A stretch of DNA of 64,000 nucleotides from Eledone cirrhosa (Eukaryota). The position numbers and the translations under genes are program-made. The notes below the pieces were generated by a model. It saw only the letters and a program-made list of their open reading frames with translations, ran no database searches and had not been told where the DNA came from. Below, one piece after another: positions 1 through 15,435 of this stretch (positions are counted from its first letter, which is position 1; the number at the start of each line of letters is the position of its first letter). The DNA lies in NCBI GenBank assembly GCA_964016885.1, contig OZ024743.1:311860001-311924000 (forward strand), read 5' to 3'.

Positions 1-1216
1 CCCCTATATAATGTTTAACGCTATTGTGGCTAGTTACAGTGCATCTATATATAACCCTATTAGTCAAGCAGTATCCTCTAAGGGGGCAGCGTCCTCTGTC
101 GCGGCAGTTGCAATTTCTGTCGCGGTTCCATCTATTTCCCACGGTAAGGCTATGATTGTTGCTGCCTACGTTGTTACCTACGCTCCCGCAGCTGTCGTTA
201 GCACCATTACAACCCACAGCACGCGGGGTTGGTGCGATTGTTATTCCGCACGTCATGTCCTGCATGTTCCCCAGTCATTTCGCGGTTATGCTGGTTGCGT
301 CTGCGGAGGCCGTTGCCAGCACTATTGGATGCTGCTAGGGAGTTGTTAAGGCCGATATAGTTATTGTCAGGTGTAGGTGCGTCTGTGTCGAGGTGCTGTG
401 TCTTGATGATCTTACTGTGGTTCGTTGTTCCTATGATGTCTGCTAGGTTAGGAGTAGTAGAGAAGGATATTTTTATATTGTTCCTATTGAGAATTTTTCT
501 ATACCTATGGTTGGGCGGGAAGTTCTTCTCTAAGGCTTCGAAGAATATCCAGGGTATGTTGGAGGCCACACTCCGAGAATAGGGGGGTGGGTGGAACCAT
601 AGGACGTTACAGTGGCGATTACGTGTCCTTGTACGTTTGCTACGGGTGGTTACATCTAGGTGACCGCTCTTATGTATGTTAATGCGCTGTAGCCCGTTAA
701 GTGCCCCTTTCACTTTATGCTCGGGTGCACTCTTCTTCCCTCTTCCATGTTTATGTACAGGAAGATGTTGGTTGGAAGGCGTTGGTAGTAGGCCGTCGCC
801 TTTGTTGGTTTTGTAGTAGGGGAATAGTTCGAGTAATCTACAGTGGTCACCGTCGCCGGGGTCGTGATCTTTAGTGCGATTATCTATTCTATTATATCCG
901 ACTTCAACGAGGTCGCTGCGTGATCGGTTATAGGTATGGCTTACTATAACGTTCGTTTTATGAGGGGGGGGGGGTTCTAGAGCTAGCGTTAGGGATGTAG
1001 GAAATTCCTCGGTTAAAGCCGGCGCTTATCAAGGCCCTATTGTAGTAATCTGCCGCTTGGTTGAAGATATCCTCATTGGCGGATAGCCTCGAGATTCTAT
1101 GTGAGATACTACAGACTATGGAGTTGAGAGTCTGCTTAGGGTGGTTGGAGGCATAATTAATATAAGAGAGGCACTCTCCAGGCTTATGGTATGGCTTGTA
1201 TAAGCCCGTACTCAAC

Positions 1217-1218
<2 letters not shown>
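1..1218 (-). mobile_element. Penelope-like element remnant (RT thumb, linker, start of GIY-YIG endonuclease), frameshifted, cut by window edge
   Basis: Minus-strand peptides YKPYHKPGECLSYINYASNHP, VLWFHPPPYS..FPPNHRYRKILNRNNIKISFSTTPN and, at 1-120, CNCRDRGRCPLRGYCLTNRVIYRCTV..HYIG; abuts (TA)n at 1219. Confidence 0.85.
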
Positions 1219-1273
<55 letters not shown>

Positions 1274-2126
1274 CGTTTCTGAATTTGTTTAGCAAGATTC
1301 TTTATCTGAAATCGTGTGTTGAAACCGATATTGTTATACTTTGGGAGGGTCATGTTGCCAATAAGAAACACACGCACCAGTTGCTTTCACTTCAATTTAA
1401 TTTATTAAATATTTATAAATTTACAAATTTATAAATTTCTGGTTGGTTGGTTGGTTCCACAACCAGATAGTTGTTTATATATATATAGTCATAGTTCTTT
1501 CGTCACACACTCTGTGACCTCTTCAGTGACTGGGGATTTCTTTCTTCGTTTCTGTGCCTTTCCTTTCTTCTATCCTACGCCATTTTGTTTGTGTGTGGGT
1601 TGCGTGCTCAGTTTGCGCATGCGCCACATCCGGGTGTCTGTGTGTGTTTGTGTTCATTTTTCTATTTTTCTATTTATATTTTTTTTATTTGTTTGTTTAT
1701 TTATTTATTTATTGTTGGTTGGTTGTTTGTTCTATGTGTGTGTGTGTTTTCATTTTGTGTGTGTTTTCAATTGTAAGTTGTTTGTTCGATGTGTGTGTGT
1801 GTTTTCATTTTGTCCTTAATTGTAAGTTGTGATGTTGCTGTTCCACTCATATTTTCTATTTAATTTTGGTTTTAATTCTTTTATGCTTACTGCCTCTGTA
1901 ATTTGCCTAAACATTGCGTCTTTCTTGTGTGTGGATTCTATTTTTATTTCTATGCTCTCTAATTTACCCCTGTGTTCTATCTTAGCATGTTGGTAGAGCA
2001 CAGATGATTCTTTATTATCTTGGAGGTCTCGCCAGTGTTCATTTATTCGTTCCCCTATACTACGAGCTGTCTCACCTATGTACACTACATTTTTGTTTCT
2101 ACATTGTCCTTCAGTACATCTTATGC

Positions 2127-2434
2127 TAAGATGTACTGAAGGACAATGTAGAAACAAAAATGTAGTGTACATAGGTGAGACAGCTCGTAGTATAGGGGAA
2201 CGAATAAATGAACACTGGCGAGACCTCCAAGATAATAAAGAATCATCTGTGCTCTACCAACATGCTAAGATAGAACACAGGGGTAAATTAGAGAGCATAG
2301 AAATAAAAATAGAATCCACACACAAGAAAGACGCAATGTTTAGGCAAATTACAGAGGCAGTAAGCATAAAAGAATTAAAACCAAAATTAAATAGAAAATA
2401 TGAGTGGAACAGCAACATCACAACTTACAATTAA
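2127..2434 (+). pseudogene. PLE GIY-YIG endonuclease C-terminal fragment (mirrored at 1816-2123 on minus)
   Basis: RCTEGQCRNKNVVYIGETARSIGERINEH...RQITEAVSIKELKPKLNRKYEW; 5'-truncated at the palindrome centre. Confidence 0.88.
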
Positions 2435-2718
2435 GGACAAAATGAAAACACACACACACATCGAACAAACAACTTACAATTGAAAACACACACAAAATGA
2501 AAACACACACACACATAGAACAAACAACCAACCAACAATAAATAAATAAATAAACAAACAAATAAAAAAAATATAAATAGAAAAATAGAAAAATGAACAC
2601 AAACACACACAGACACCCGGATGTGGCGCATGCGCAAACTGAGCACGCAACCCACACACAAACAAAATGGCGTAGGATAGAAGAAAGGAAAGGCACAGAA
2701 ACGAAGAAAGAAATCCCC

Positions 2719-2763
2719 AGTCACTGAAGAGGTCACAGAGTGTGTGACGAAAGAACTATGACT
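2719..2763 (+). ncRNA. Minimal type I hammerhead ribozyme in PLE 3' UTR (mirror copy 1487-1531, minus)
   Basis: agtca-CTGAAGA-g-gtcaca..tgtgac-GAAA-g aa c-TA-tgact; stem I agtca/tgact; predicted cleavage after CUA (2758); one bulged G at the base of stem II. Confidence 0.8.
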
Positions 2764-2914
2764 ATATATATATAAACAACTATCTGGTTGTGGAACCAAC
2801 CAACCAACCAGAAATTTATAAATTTGTAAATTTATAAATATTTAATAAATTAAATTGAAGTGAAAGCAACTGGTGCGTGTGTTTCTTATTGGCAACATGA
2901 CCCTCCCAAAGTAT

Positions 2915-3076
<162 letters not shown>

Positions 3077-3269
3077 GGATACTATTTATGGTTATGTATA
3101 TACTAAAACTAAAGTTATATATATTTTAAACCCTAAACAGTGAAGGTCAGTAATTTATTACTACCTTATTACCAGTAAGATAAATAGCTCAATGTAATAA
3201 CATCAGTTGTTCTACAGAGCAGTTATATAGAATTCACAAGAATCAAAGCTGTGTTCAAAGCATTTATTC

Positions 3270-3314
3270 ACTTACAATTGTTTCACCCAAACCTAGGCTT
3301 AGAGTCTTCGGAGC
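3270..3314 (-). ncRNA. Hammerhead-like motif with U4C core change, in a non-coding insert (about 3070-3620)
   Basis: Minus strand gct-CCGAAGA-ctctaagcc ta ggtttgggt-GAAA-caattg-TA-agt; palindromic stem III acaattgt; stem I is short. Confidence 0.55.
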
Positions 3315-3623
3315 ATTTTTCAATATTTGTACACATGATTGACCTCCTTTCCAACGCAAGAGACATACAGGTAGATATGTATATATTGACGTGCAGTGGA
3401 GTGACATACATTATATTATATTTCTGTATAGCAATTCAAATACAAAATCAAAATCACATTAAAACAAAATCAAAGCAAAATCAAAATACAATCGGCAGTT
3501 AACATAGATAATGCAAGAGGATAGTTTGTTAGTCAGATGTAGTAGTTATTTTAGTTATTTTATGCGTTAGTTACACGTGGGGCATGCACGTGTGTCTCAT
3601 TTATATATGATTATTGTGCGGCA

Positions 3624-5450
3624 CTAGCAGAATGGCCCGGCTTTGCGCGGGATTTGCTCTAGGGTTCTTTTATATTTGATATATATTTATCCTTATCGAG
3701 CCTCGTGAAATAAATACGTTTGTTTATATTTTGTTATTGTGTATGCAAAAATATCTGTAGACGAATATATAATTATATATATATATTAAAATAACAGATT
3801 AAAGTTTAAGCAAAGAATCACTGCTTTCACACTTAATGGGATCTTCTAAAACTAAAAAAATCAATCTGAGAACGCAGAAAATGAATCGCTGCTTTCACCC
3901 TTAACGGGATCTTCTGAAACTAAAAGAAATCAATCTGTGAACGCAGATGTAAATATTTCGAAAAACGTTGCAACCGAAGGAAAACAGGAAGACGATACTT
4001 TGGTTCGTGAAGACGTTCCCTGGCATAAGAATATATATATATACACACACACTATATATACATATATACACACACACCCTGATCGCCTCATAATGTCGTA
4101 ATGCAGACAGCCAGGCATACAGACAGATATTATGAAGGCGTGACATCATATCTATGTATCTATCTAAAAAGAGAAAGACAAAGAGAAGGAGAAAGAGATC
4201 GCTAAATCGCCTAATGCGGTCCCTAGGGCATTGAAAATTTGAATTTTTTTTACTCGGAACACTCAGTAGGACCATAGGTATCACATGTGTAAAGTTTAAA
4301 AAAAAACGGTTGGGTAGTTCTCGAGTTTTAGCGAAACAGATACACAGACATTCACCCGGGTAAACAGATGATAAGAGAAGACAGGTAAAAGAGAAAATGA
4401 CTGTTTTGGATGTTTGTCTGGTTACAGTATGAGGCGAGTCCGTGGTGTCTGTGTGATACAGAAAACAGTAAAAAATAAATCTTCCAGATATACCAAATTC
4501 TTCGTTGTACCGTTTGTGCATAGTATATGAACAATTCTAGGTGATCGTACCTAGAATAGTGACCTCTAGGAGATGGTTTATCTTCTGCCTGACTGTAAAA
4601 CGTGTATCATTGCATAGACGTGATTGTTCCACGTTTCTCAAAAGGATGATGGAAGTTCCAATCTTTATGTAGATATAGATATAGATAATTAATATAAAAG
4701 ATGATGCTCAGCCAGTTCGTCTTCAACCATCGCAGCACGCCGTCGCTGCTTGGCTCCAGTGTTTCGTTGGCGTTGTTCAGCCAGCTCCTCTTCATTCATG
4801 GCGGCACGTCTTCGCCTCTGAAGTTCGGCGTTCTGATGGCGCTGTTCGGCCCGTTTTTCTTCATTCCTTGCTGCACGCCGTCGCCGCTGTAGTTCACTGT
4901 TTGATAAAATCGAATTGCTTTTATTATCAGTATTCATTTCGAGCAATTGTCAAAAAATGGCACAATAATAAATATAAAAGATGTCCGTCAATGTAAAAAA
5001 AGGTCTCTATTTACTCCCTTCACAACTCTGTGTATGTTAGACTGACAGACAGGCACACAGACAGATAAAATGCCTGGCGATTGTGGAACGCCCCACGTAC
5101 ACACACATACACGCATGGAAACGCGCACACGCACGTGAACTTACACAAGCACCCGTGCACTTACACACACTTACACACTCACACATGTTGATGGTTTTTA
5201 CTTTCTGTGGAACGCTGCACGCACGCACACACACACAAACATACGCGCACGTACATACACACGCACACATGGTAATAGTTACAGCGTTCACTTTGCCTCC
5301 TTGTTTCTTACTCTCCCCTCTCACTCCCTCGTTGGCATTATGAGTATTAATTTAAGTTTGGCATCGTTGAGGTGGGCGGAGTCGTTTGAAACCTATGAAC
5401 CAATGATAATCGAGAATTATGAGACACGGAATACTGACGTTGTTCAAATA
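3624..5450 (-). mobile_element. Helitron-like element(s), degraded; right boundary uncertain
   Basis: Minus-strand 3' end cccgcgcaaagccggg hairpin then CTAG|T at 3624; ORF 4689-4946 has Arg/Glu-rich repeats (ELQRRRRAA.NEE) like Helitron Rep N-termini. Confidence 0.55.
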
Positions 5451-6756
<1,306 letters not shown>

Positions 6757-6757
<1 letters not shown>

Positions 6758-6956
6758 AACGAATGAAATGTGGTAAGGAACCAGGTGGACCATAACGCAC
6801 CAAAGTACTCAATACTTGGGGTAGTAGAGTGGGTAATAGGAACCAGTAAGACCCCGACGGCTGAGCTCAAGCCGTTTTGACGGCTAATTCTGAACTAATT
6901 AGTCCAGAATTAGCCGTCGAAACGGCTTGAGCTCAGCCGTCGGGGTCTTACTGGTT

Positions 6957-6961
<5 letters not shown>
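6757..6961. mobile_element. Short TA-embedded fold-back insert (ggaaccagta family); palindrome 6836-6961
   Basis: 63-bp arms, no spacer (centre actaattagt), 2 mismatches; includes hammerhead 3' half GAAA-cggc..gccg-TC-ggggt. Confidence 0.85.
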
Positions 6962-7042
<81 letters not shown>

Positions 7043-7045
7043 CAA

Positions 7046-7595
7046 AGTAGGTAGGCCCAGAAAAACCTGGGACGATCTGATAAATTCCAACCTTACACAC
7101 TTGCACATCTCTAAGACAATGTCACTGGACCGAGATCTTTGGCACTATACAGTAATATAGAAAACCCGCCTTGCCTATGTACAAAGCGAAACCTACAGTC
7201 AGTAGGCACCTCTTAACCAAATATACACCCCAATCCACTACCCGTACCCTATCCTCCCACTCCCACCAACACCACCCTCTCTCTGTAAAGTTGGTACCAC
7301 AACATCAGTCCAAATAAATAAGATAATGAGATTGAGATCGTGTAGGTGCACGAGAAAAAAAAACCCACACAGTCTACGCTGTAATGTGGCCGTGTGGGTA
7401 ACACGGTAAAAAGTTCCCAGTTCCACACCGTAAATGTGGTTGGTGTTAAGAAGGGCATCCAGCCATAGAAAACCCGCGAGATAGTCCTATATGAGCGAGA
7501 CATGGTCACCTAACCAACCTTGCCTCAAGTGGAACAACTCCCATCTAACCAATGCTAGCGTGGAAAATGGACGTTACACGAAGATGATGATGATA

Positions 7596-7635
<40 letters not shown>
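7046..7635 (+). mobile_element. RTE LINE 3' fragment with (GAT)n tail
   Basis: VGRPRKTWDDLINS..DRDLWHY plus 3' UTR matching 9130-9660. Confidence 0.9.
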
Positions 7636-7636
<1 letters not shown>

Positions 7637-7639
7637 ATA

Positions 7640-9660
7640 AATGGGAAAAAGATAGCTGGGCCTTCGGAGATAGTTGCTGAAATGTTGAAGGCATCTGGAA
7701 TGGTGGGACATGCTATGGTCACCCGTATAGTTAAACAAGTAATACAGAATGGGGTCATACCAAAAGACTGGTGTAGCAGCATCATCATTAACTGCTACAA
7801 GGATAAAGGAGATGCTCTAGATAGAGGAAACTATAGAGGCATTAAGTTAGTTGACCAGGTCATGAAGGTCACAGAAAGAGTTATAGTGCAACTAATCAGA
7901 GAGCGAATTGATCTAGATGAAATGCAGTTTGGGTTTGTGTCAGGTAAAAGTACCACAGACGCTCTTTTCCTTGTATGACAACTACAAGAGAAGTACCTAG
8001 CTAAAAACCCCTAGATAAACCCCTCTACTTAGCTTTTGTAGACCTGGAGAAAGCCTTTGACAGAGTCCCCCGCTCCATTATCTGGTGGGCTCTTAGAAAA
8101 CTAGGTGTAGATGAATGGCTTGTGAGAGCTATACAAGCTATGTATAATGAAACAGTCAGTAAGGTTAGAATTAACAATGAATATTGTGAAGAATTTAGTG
8201 TAAAAGTTGGTGTTCACCAAGGCTCTGTCCTTAGCTCCCCCTCCTATTTATTATTGCCCTTCAGGCTATAACAGAGGAGTTCAAAACCGGCTGCCCATCG
8301 GAACTCCTATACGCAGATGATCTAACGCTCATAGCTGAATCAATGGCTGAACTAGAGAAGAAATTTCAAACATGGAAGCATGGCCTAGAATCAAAAGGCC
8401 TTAAAGTTATCTTGTCTAAGACTAAAGTCCTAGTTTGTAGAAAGGAAAATAAGGCACATGTACCCTCAGGGAAATGGCCATGCTCAGTGTGTAGGAAAGG
8501 AGTAGGCAGAAATTCAATTTTATGTCCCAAATGCAAAGTATGGGTACATAAAAGATGTAGTGGGATCACAGGTAAACTATCTAAGAATGTAGACTTTATA
8601 TGTGGCCGATGCTCAGGTGCAATAGGTAGCAAGTGTCCACAGGATACTAGCTCCTTCTATTGCCCAGATGGTTCTATAGAAATAGTAGACACTTTCCGTT
8701 ACCTTGGTGACGAAATCAGCAGTGGTGGAGGGTGTTCTGAAAGTACAGTGGCCAGAGTCAGAACGGGATGGAAAAAGTTCAGAGAGCTTATACCGCTGTT
8801 GGCCATGAAAGATTTCTCTCTAAAAATGAAAGGTAGATTGTATGATGCCTGTATACGAACAGCAATGCTACATGGCAGTGAGACATGAGCATTACGTGCA
8901 GAGGACCTGCGCCGACTGAAAAAGAACGAAGCATGCATGCTCCGTTGGATGTGTAATAGTAATATACGTGAACGACAAAGCATAAATGAACTAAGTGTGA
9001 AATTAGGAATAAGAGGGATCAGATGCTGTTTACTTGAGAGAAGACTACGTTGGTATGGCCATATGATGCGCATGAAAGACGACAGCTGTATAAAAAAGTG
9101 CAGGGCGATCAAAATTGATGTTAGTTACGGAGTAGGTAGACCCAGAAAAACCTGGGACGATCTGATAAATTCCGACCTTACACACTTGCACCTCTCTAAG
9201 ACAATGTCACTGGACCGAGATCTTTGGCGCTACGCAGTAATACAGAAGGCCCGCCTTGCCTATGTACAAAGTGAAACCTACAGTCAGTAGGTACCTCTTA
9301 ACCAAATATACACCCCAATCCATTACACCTACCCTATCCGCGCACCAACACCACCCTCTCTCTGTAACGTTGGTACCAAAACATCCAGTCGAGATCGAGA
9401 TTGTGTAGGTGTTACGACAAAAAAGAAAAAAAAATACAGTCCACGCTGTAATGTGGCCATGTAGGTAACACGGTAAAAAGTTCCCAGTTCCACACTGTAA
9501 ATGTGGTTGGTGTTAGGAAGGGCATCCAGCCATAGAAAACAGCCAGATAGTCCTATATGAGCGAGACACGGTCACCCGACCTACCTTGCCTCAAGTGGGA
9601 CAACTCCCGTCTAACCCATGCTAGCGTGGAAGATGGACATTAAACGAAGACGATGATCAT
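7640..9660 (+). mobile_element. 5'-truncated RTE LINE (RT, PHD-like Cys cluster, 3' UTR) with stops and frameshifts
   Basis: NYRGIKL, QFGFVSGKSTTDA, DLEKAFD, LLYADD, WPCSVCRKGVGRNSILCPKCKVWVHKRC, RLRWYGH, GRPRKTW. Confidence 0.95.
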
Positions 9661-9682
9661 CATCATCATCATCTTCATCACC

Positions 9683-10056
9683 ATTTCATTTTACGTCCGC
9701 TTTTCCCTATTTGCAAGGGTGGGACGGGAACTGATTCTGGCTTGATTTCTACAGCTGGATGCCCTTCCTAACACCAACCTCATTTACAGTGAGTGGTGGG
9801 TGCTTTTTTTCCGTGGCGCCTACACGTCCACTTTACAGTGTGGGCTGGGTGCTTTTTTGCCGTGGCACCTCCACGACCACTTTGCAGTGGAATGATAGGG
9901 ACCCCAGTCCTATCATCTCATTTCTACAGCTGAGTAAACTGGAGCAATGTGAAATAAAATGTCTTGCTCAAGGAAACAATACATCACCCAGTCTGAGAAT
10001 TGAACTCAAACTTTCGATTGCAAGGCCAATGCTCTAACCATTAAGCCATGTGCCTC
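9683..10056 (-). mobile_element. tRNA-headed SINE with CORE-like body and RTE-derived tail
   Basis: Reverse complement of 23624-23966; A/B-box-like head, ccttgagcaagaca body. Confidence 0.8.
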
Positions 10057-10057
10057 C

Positions 10058-10116
<59 letters not shown>

Positions 10117-11627
10117 GTGTGTTTTTATATGTGTCTCTATATGTTTTTGTGTATGTATGTGGATGTATTTGTACATGGGTGTGTGATTGATGGTGTGTGC
10201 CTATATATTCCTACATATGCCCGTGTATGTATGTACGTATATGCGCACATATATGTATGTTGAACAAAGGACTAACTTTGGGATGGACGTAGAAAAATTC
10301 TTCAGGCAAAAAAGAAAAAAATAATTATTCACAAACTTGACAGGTGCGATTTGCCTGTGACCATTCTCAACACAAAAGCAATACTAAAAGCTTTTTCCCC
10401 TGAATAAAGGAATTTTTCGAGAATGACCGGGGCAGGCCGCACTTGCTACATTTCTCCCCACCCAACCCTACTCACCGTCTCAACTCATTACTGCTATGAA
10501 CACTTTTTCAACACACCTACACCCATGCACTTATTAAAGGGGGAGAAAAGAAACCCCCACCACACTAGAGACATGTTAAATCCCTATATATAGAACAACA
10601 CACCACATACACATCAGTTTGACAAGCGCACCTCAGCGTGAAAGGTCTTTCTAAAAACGAAACAATACCTCCTACGTTAACCAAGAACTCCTAAGACCTA
10701 ACCAACAACCAACAACTTAATTTATAAAATAATTTTTTTAAGGAAAATTCTTTTGGGATTTTGTGAAGAAAATAAATTTGTTGAAAGCACAAGTGAAGCC
10801 ATTTTTTCTTCCCCCCTGTCTTAATATACATATATATATATACACACATATATATACATATATATATATACATATATATATATTTCCTTGTGATTATGGA
10901 TCATGGAAAGCTAACTGTCTACACAGCTGGAAAGTTAAAAACATCAAATTGAATTTCAATATCACAGTTAAATATAATTATATTTCATATAACATAATTG
11001 AAACATTAGCAGCAACTGGTGGGAGGAAAGTGTTTAAAATGTCATACATTTCTGGGGAGCTAGGTTGGGCAAGATATTTTGTTGTTGTTGCTGTTGTTTT
11101 TGTTTTGTTGTTGATGTTTCTGTTGTTGCTGTTGTTACTGTTATTGTTGCTGCTGCTGTTATTTTTGTTGCTGCTGTTGTTCTTATTTTTGTTGCTGTTG
11201 TTGTTGCTGTTATTTTTGCTACCGCTGTTGTTGTTGTTTTCGTTGCTGCTTTTGTTGCTGTTTAGCTCCATGTTAACTCTGATTGATGATGCATATGTAT
11301 GTATTAGAAAATTCTCTTGAAATTTTGGCATTGATACACCATTGGCTCTATGTCAGGTCAGGCTTCTGCTTACTACTTGTACCATGTAACCCAGTACAAG
11401 CTACTTCATAGTCAAGTGGTCGGCAACTAAAAAGGCTCCCCCCACCAGACCAGGGTCTGATGAGGAGGATAAGTGGAACCCTAATACCACAAAAAACAAG
11501 AGCTGTGGAAAGGGTGGATGAACTCCTCAGAGTCAATGGCCATCCACCCCAACTATGGGTTATACTTGTGCTTTTTAGCAGACCAGCAACTGATGAGGTT
11601 TGAAAAGAAAACCTGAGATTAGGGTGT

Positions 11628-11710
<83 letters not shown>

Positions 11711-12035
11711 TACACACACATATCGAATATTTATATATGCCTCTGAAATTAATGTGCAGGTGGTTGAGTATCCCATAGGCATGTGTACCCTTAACAGATT
11801 TCTCAGAAAGATTTCAAACAGTTTCCATCTACTTAATTTCAATCATAAGACAAGGATCAACACGATAAATAACATTTGCCTGAGATGTCCCTACTGAATG
11901 GGATTGAATAAAAGATCTTATGGTAGCAAATCAAACTTCTGAACTATTCAGACTGTTCAGGCAGGCAATGACCTTTGCACATATGTCATTGTCATCTTTT
12001 TACATTCACTTACCATGTTGGTATGGGTTGGACTT

Positions 12036-12400
12036 AGAGAAAGAAGCTGATTATCAGATTAAACCAAAGAAACAATCTTTCCATTGCTGATACTATCTGC
12101 AGGTCACAACTTCTGGCAGGAGAAAGAAGCTGATCATCAGATCAAACCAAAGAAACAATGTTTCCATTGGTCTTTTCATTGCTGATATCTGCTGGTCACA
12201 ACTTCTGGCAGGAGAAAGAAACTGATCATCAGATCGAACCGAGGAAACAATGTTTCCATTGGTCTTTCCATTGCTGATACAATCTGCTGGTCACAGCTCA
12301 TGGTAGATGGAAGGAGCTGACCATCTGATCAAACAAAAAAAAAAACAATGTTTCCTTTGGTCTTTCGGTTGCTCATACAATCTACTGGAGACAAGATTTG
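12036..12400 (+). repeat. Diverged tandem repeat, about 4 units of 85-110 bp; related single units at about 28905-28985 (minus) and 30255-30345
   Basis: Recurrent gagaaagaagctgatcatcagatcaaaccaaagaaacaatgtttccattggtctttccattgctgata. Confidence 0.8.
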
Positions 12401-12711
12401 AACACAATGCAAAGAGGCAGATCAGATAGTGTCTCATTAACAATTCTGTTAATGGTTTATAACGAGGTCCAATGCTAACATGAAGGTCAATTAAGCAGCT
12501 GCCAAGAGCACACACCTCAGAAAGGTGCATTACTGAGCCTGAAAGGACTATTTTTTTTTATACAAATTTATATAATCAAATTAATTATATAATAATGTCC
12601 TGTAATCAATAAATAAATCAATAAACATCTTCACCACATAGCAGTATCATGGAAATATCCAAAGAGATGGAGAGGGTTGTATAGTATTATGACCTATCTC
12701 ATGATTTGGTG

Positions 12712-13025
12712 TGGGTGAGTGTGAACTATGTAGTAGGAAATGCAGACTTAGTAATTTTGCTTCATTATAAATTGTCATAAAATGATGTAGAGTGTACATC
12801 TAAACATTTCAGAAAATATTTTCACAGCTAATTAGTATAAGTGGTCTCGTAGATAAAAACATCCAGCTGACATGGGTGAATGCGAACTGTGTAGTGGGAA
12901 ATGCAGGCTTAGTAATTTTGCATCATTATAAATTGTCATAAAATTATGTAGAGTGTACATCTGAACATTTCAGAAAATATTTTCACAATTAATTAGTATA
13001 AGTGATCTCGTAGACAGAAACATCC
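12712..13025 (+). repeat. Direct tandem duplication of about 160 bp
   Basis: tgggtga.tg.gaact.tgtagt.ggaaatgcag.cttagtaattttg...aaacatcca occurs twice. Confidence 0.85.
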
Positions 13026-13941
13026 AATCAGCATAACAAAGACAATACATTTCATTTTTTTTTTTTTTGTTTGACAGAAACCAAATGTTCGAGTGCATTA
13101 TGGTATAATGGTTTTTTCTTGTCTAGTCAATTTACGCTCAGTAAACCTAAACACTTTTATAAGATACTGCTTTATTTCTCACTTTTTAATAGATAATAGA
13201 TCATGACGTTGATAAAATATATTGATTTCGAGATGGGAGGGGGTTCTTAGTTGTTTTTAGTTAATATTTTCTTTTGTTTCTGAGTCAGTAATTTTGTAAT
13301 ATATTAGTGATTGCTAGTGGCCTTTTGTGTAACTAATGAACAATATCAAAAGCTGTTATGCCATTATGAGCACAAACAGACTGTGGATGTGGCTGTGTGG
13401 TTAAAGAGTTTGCTTTGTATCAACATAGTTCTGGGTTCTGGATTCAGTCCTTGGGCAAATGTCTTCTACTGTAGCTTTGTGATGATCTATGTCTTGTGAG
13501 TGGGAACTGGTAGAAAGAAACTGCAGAAGTCTGTTATTTTATCATCATCATTATCATCATCCCCATCATTGCCATCATCATCATTATCATTATCATAATA
13601 AACATCATCAACATCATCATCATCATTTAATGTCCATTTTTCCACACTTGCATGGAGTAGACAGGTTGTCACATTATGAAACTAGTCAGGTCAGTGATCA
13701 TGTCTTGTTTATATGGATCTATATTTTGGCTTTGTTTCTACAGTTAGATGCCCTTCCTAATGCCAACCACATTTACAGAGTGGACTGAGTGCTTTTTATT
13801 TTGGCACCAAAATGACCACCTAACAGGGTGGACTGGATACTTTTTGTTGTCACCAACACAATCACCTTACAGTGTGGACAGGGCGCTTTTATTGTTATAA
13901 CACCAAATCACCATACTATGTGGACTTGTGAAATATGCATC

Positions 13942-13996
<55 letters not shown>

Positions 13997-14124
13997 ATGT
14001 TTGTGTTTATATTTCTGTTTGTGTTTATGTCTTGTAACTTAGCAGTTTGATAAAAAAAAAAAAGATACCAAGAAAATAGACAAGTACTGAGGTTGATATG
14101 GTTAAGGCAGTACCCTAGCATGTA

Positions 14125-14460
14125 AAAGTGAGTGGCTTAGAGGTTACAGTGTTAAATTCACAATTGTGAGGTTGTCAGTTCGATTTCCAGACCAGGTAAT
14201 GCGTTGTGTTCTTGAGCAAGACACTTTATTTCACGTTGCTCCAGTTGACTCAGCTGTAGAAAGGAGTTGTGACATCTTTGGGGCCAAGCTGTATCAGCCA
14301 TTGCCTTTCCCTTGGGCAACATTGGTGGTGTGGAGAGGGGTGACTAGTATGCATGTGTGACTGCTGGTCTTCCACAAAAACACCTAACCTAGACTTATGC
14401 CTCAGAAAGGAACTTTCTAGGTGCAAATCCCATGGTCATTCATGACCAAAGGGAGTCTTA
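14125..14460 (+). mobile_element. tRNA/CORE-like SINE, diverged
   Basis: gtggcttagaggtta..gttcgattccagacc..gttcttgagcaagacactttatttcac, similar to the 23624 head. Confidence 0.65.
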
Positions 14461-14992
14461 AATCTTTACCCAGCATAATCACAGTCTAATAACTGAAAGC
14501 AATAGCATCAGACTTTTATTCATTGGCATGCCATCTAAGAAGCGGCTTGTGACCACAATCTTTGCTGTGATCAACAACATAGATACAGTTTATATTCCTC
14601 TAAAACTGTTGTAAATTCCACTGTCAAAGCATTGGTCACCTTAAGGTTATAGTAGAAGACACTTGTCCAGAGTGTCACACAGTGGGATTGAACCTCAAGC
14701 GACATGATTGTAAAACAAACCCTTCAACCACACAGCCATACTTGCACTTATATAATATATGTTTACATAATACACAAAACCGTACTTAAGCAAGGTGAGA
14801 TGCAGATCTCTGGCCTGTCTGTGAGGTCTGTAACCCTGCTTCAGTACTGACTTGGTCTATGTAGATTCATCCAACCCTTACTAGCAGAGAAAGGGGACAT
14901 TAAAACGATGGTGATGATCATGATGCATAGAAATCCGCAATTTACAACATAAATTCTTGAGATGATGATGGTGATGATAATGATTATAATGA

Positions 14993-15181
14993 TAATTGTT
15001 TCTACTTTTGGTATAAGGCCAGTAATTACCCAGTGCATTACTGGTACTTTATTTTATCGACCCCGTAAGGATGAAAGGCAAAGTTAACCTCGGCGGGATT
15101 TGAACTCAGAATGGAAAGGGCCGTAACTCTATACGTCAAAGCATGGCGTCCAACCCTCTACCGATACCGCCAATCCACCGC
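14993..15181 (-). mobile_element. Nin/Deu-domain-like SINE, about 190 bp (other copies 25078-25278 +, 35208-35400 +, 35728-35860 -, 44303-44490 -, 52767-52955 -)
   Basis: Near-identical copies with gagttcaaatccc B-box-like motif and ctttcatccttacggggtcgataaaataaagtacca domain; (ATT)n tail. Confidence 0.8.
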
Positions 15182-15239
15182 CCTTGTGGATTATAATGAT
15201 AATGCATAAAACTCTGCCCATTACAACATAAATTCTTGA

Positions 15240-15256
15240 GATGATGATGATAATGC

Positions 15257-15298
<42 letters not shown>

Positions 15299-15435
15299 CG
15301 GTGAGGACAATGACGATTATGATGATAATGATGATGATTATGATGACAACGATGATGATGGTGACGATGACAAGGATGATGATGATGATGTGGATGAGGA
15401 GGATGACAACAAGAATGATGATGATGATGATGATG
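15240..15435. repeat. Degenerate (GAT)n microsatellite; others include (TTG)n 11080-11260, (CT)n 11629-11705 and 15761-15896, (CAT)n 42920-43050
   Basis: Direct reading. Confidence 0.95.

Noticed and set aside
11345-11625. Two ctgatgag motifs and hairpins suggesting a hammerhead or HDV-like ribozyme
   Set aside because: No properly placed GAAA and closing stem I; could not build an HDV double pseudoknot by eye.
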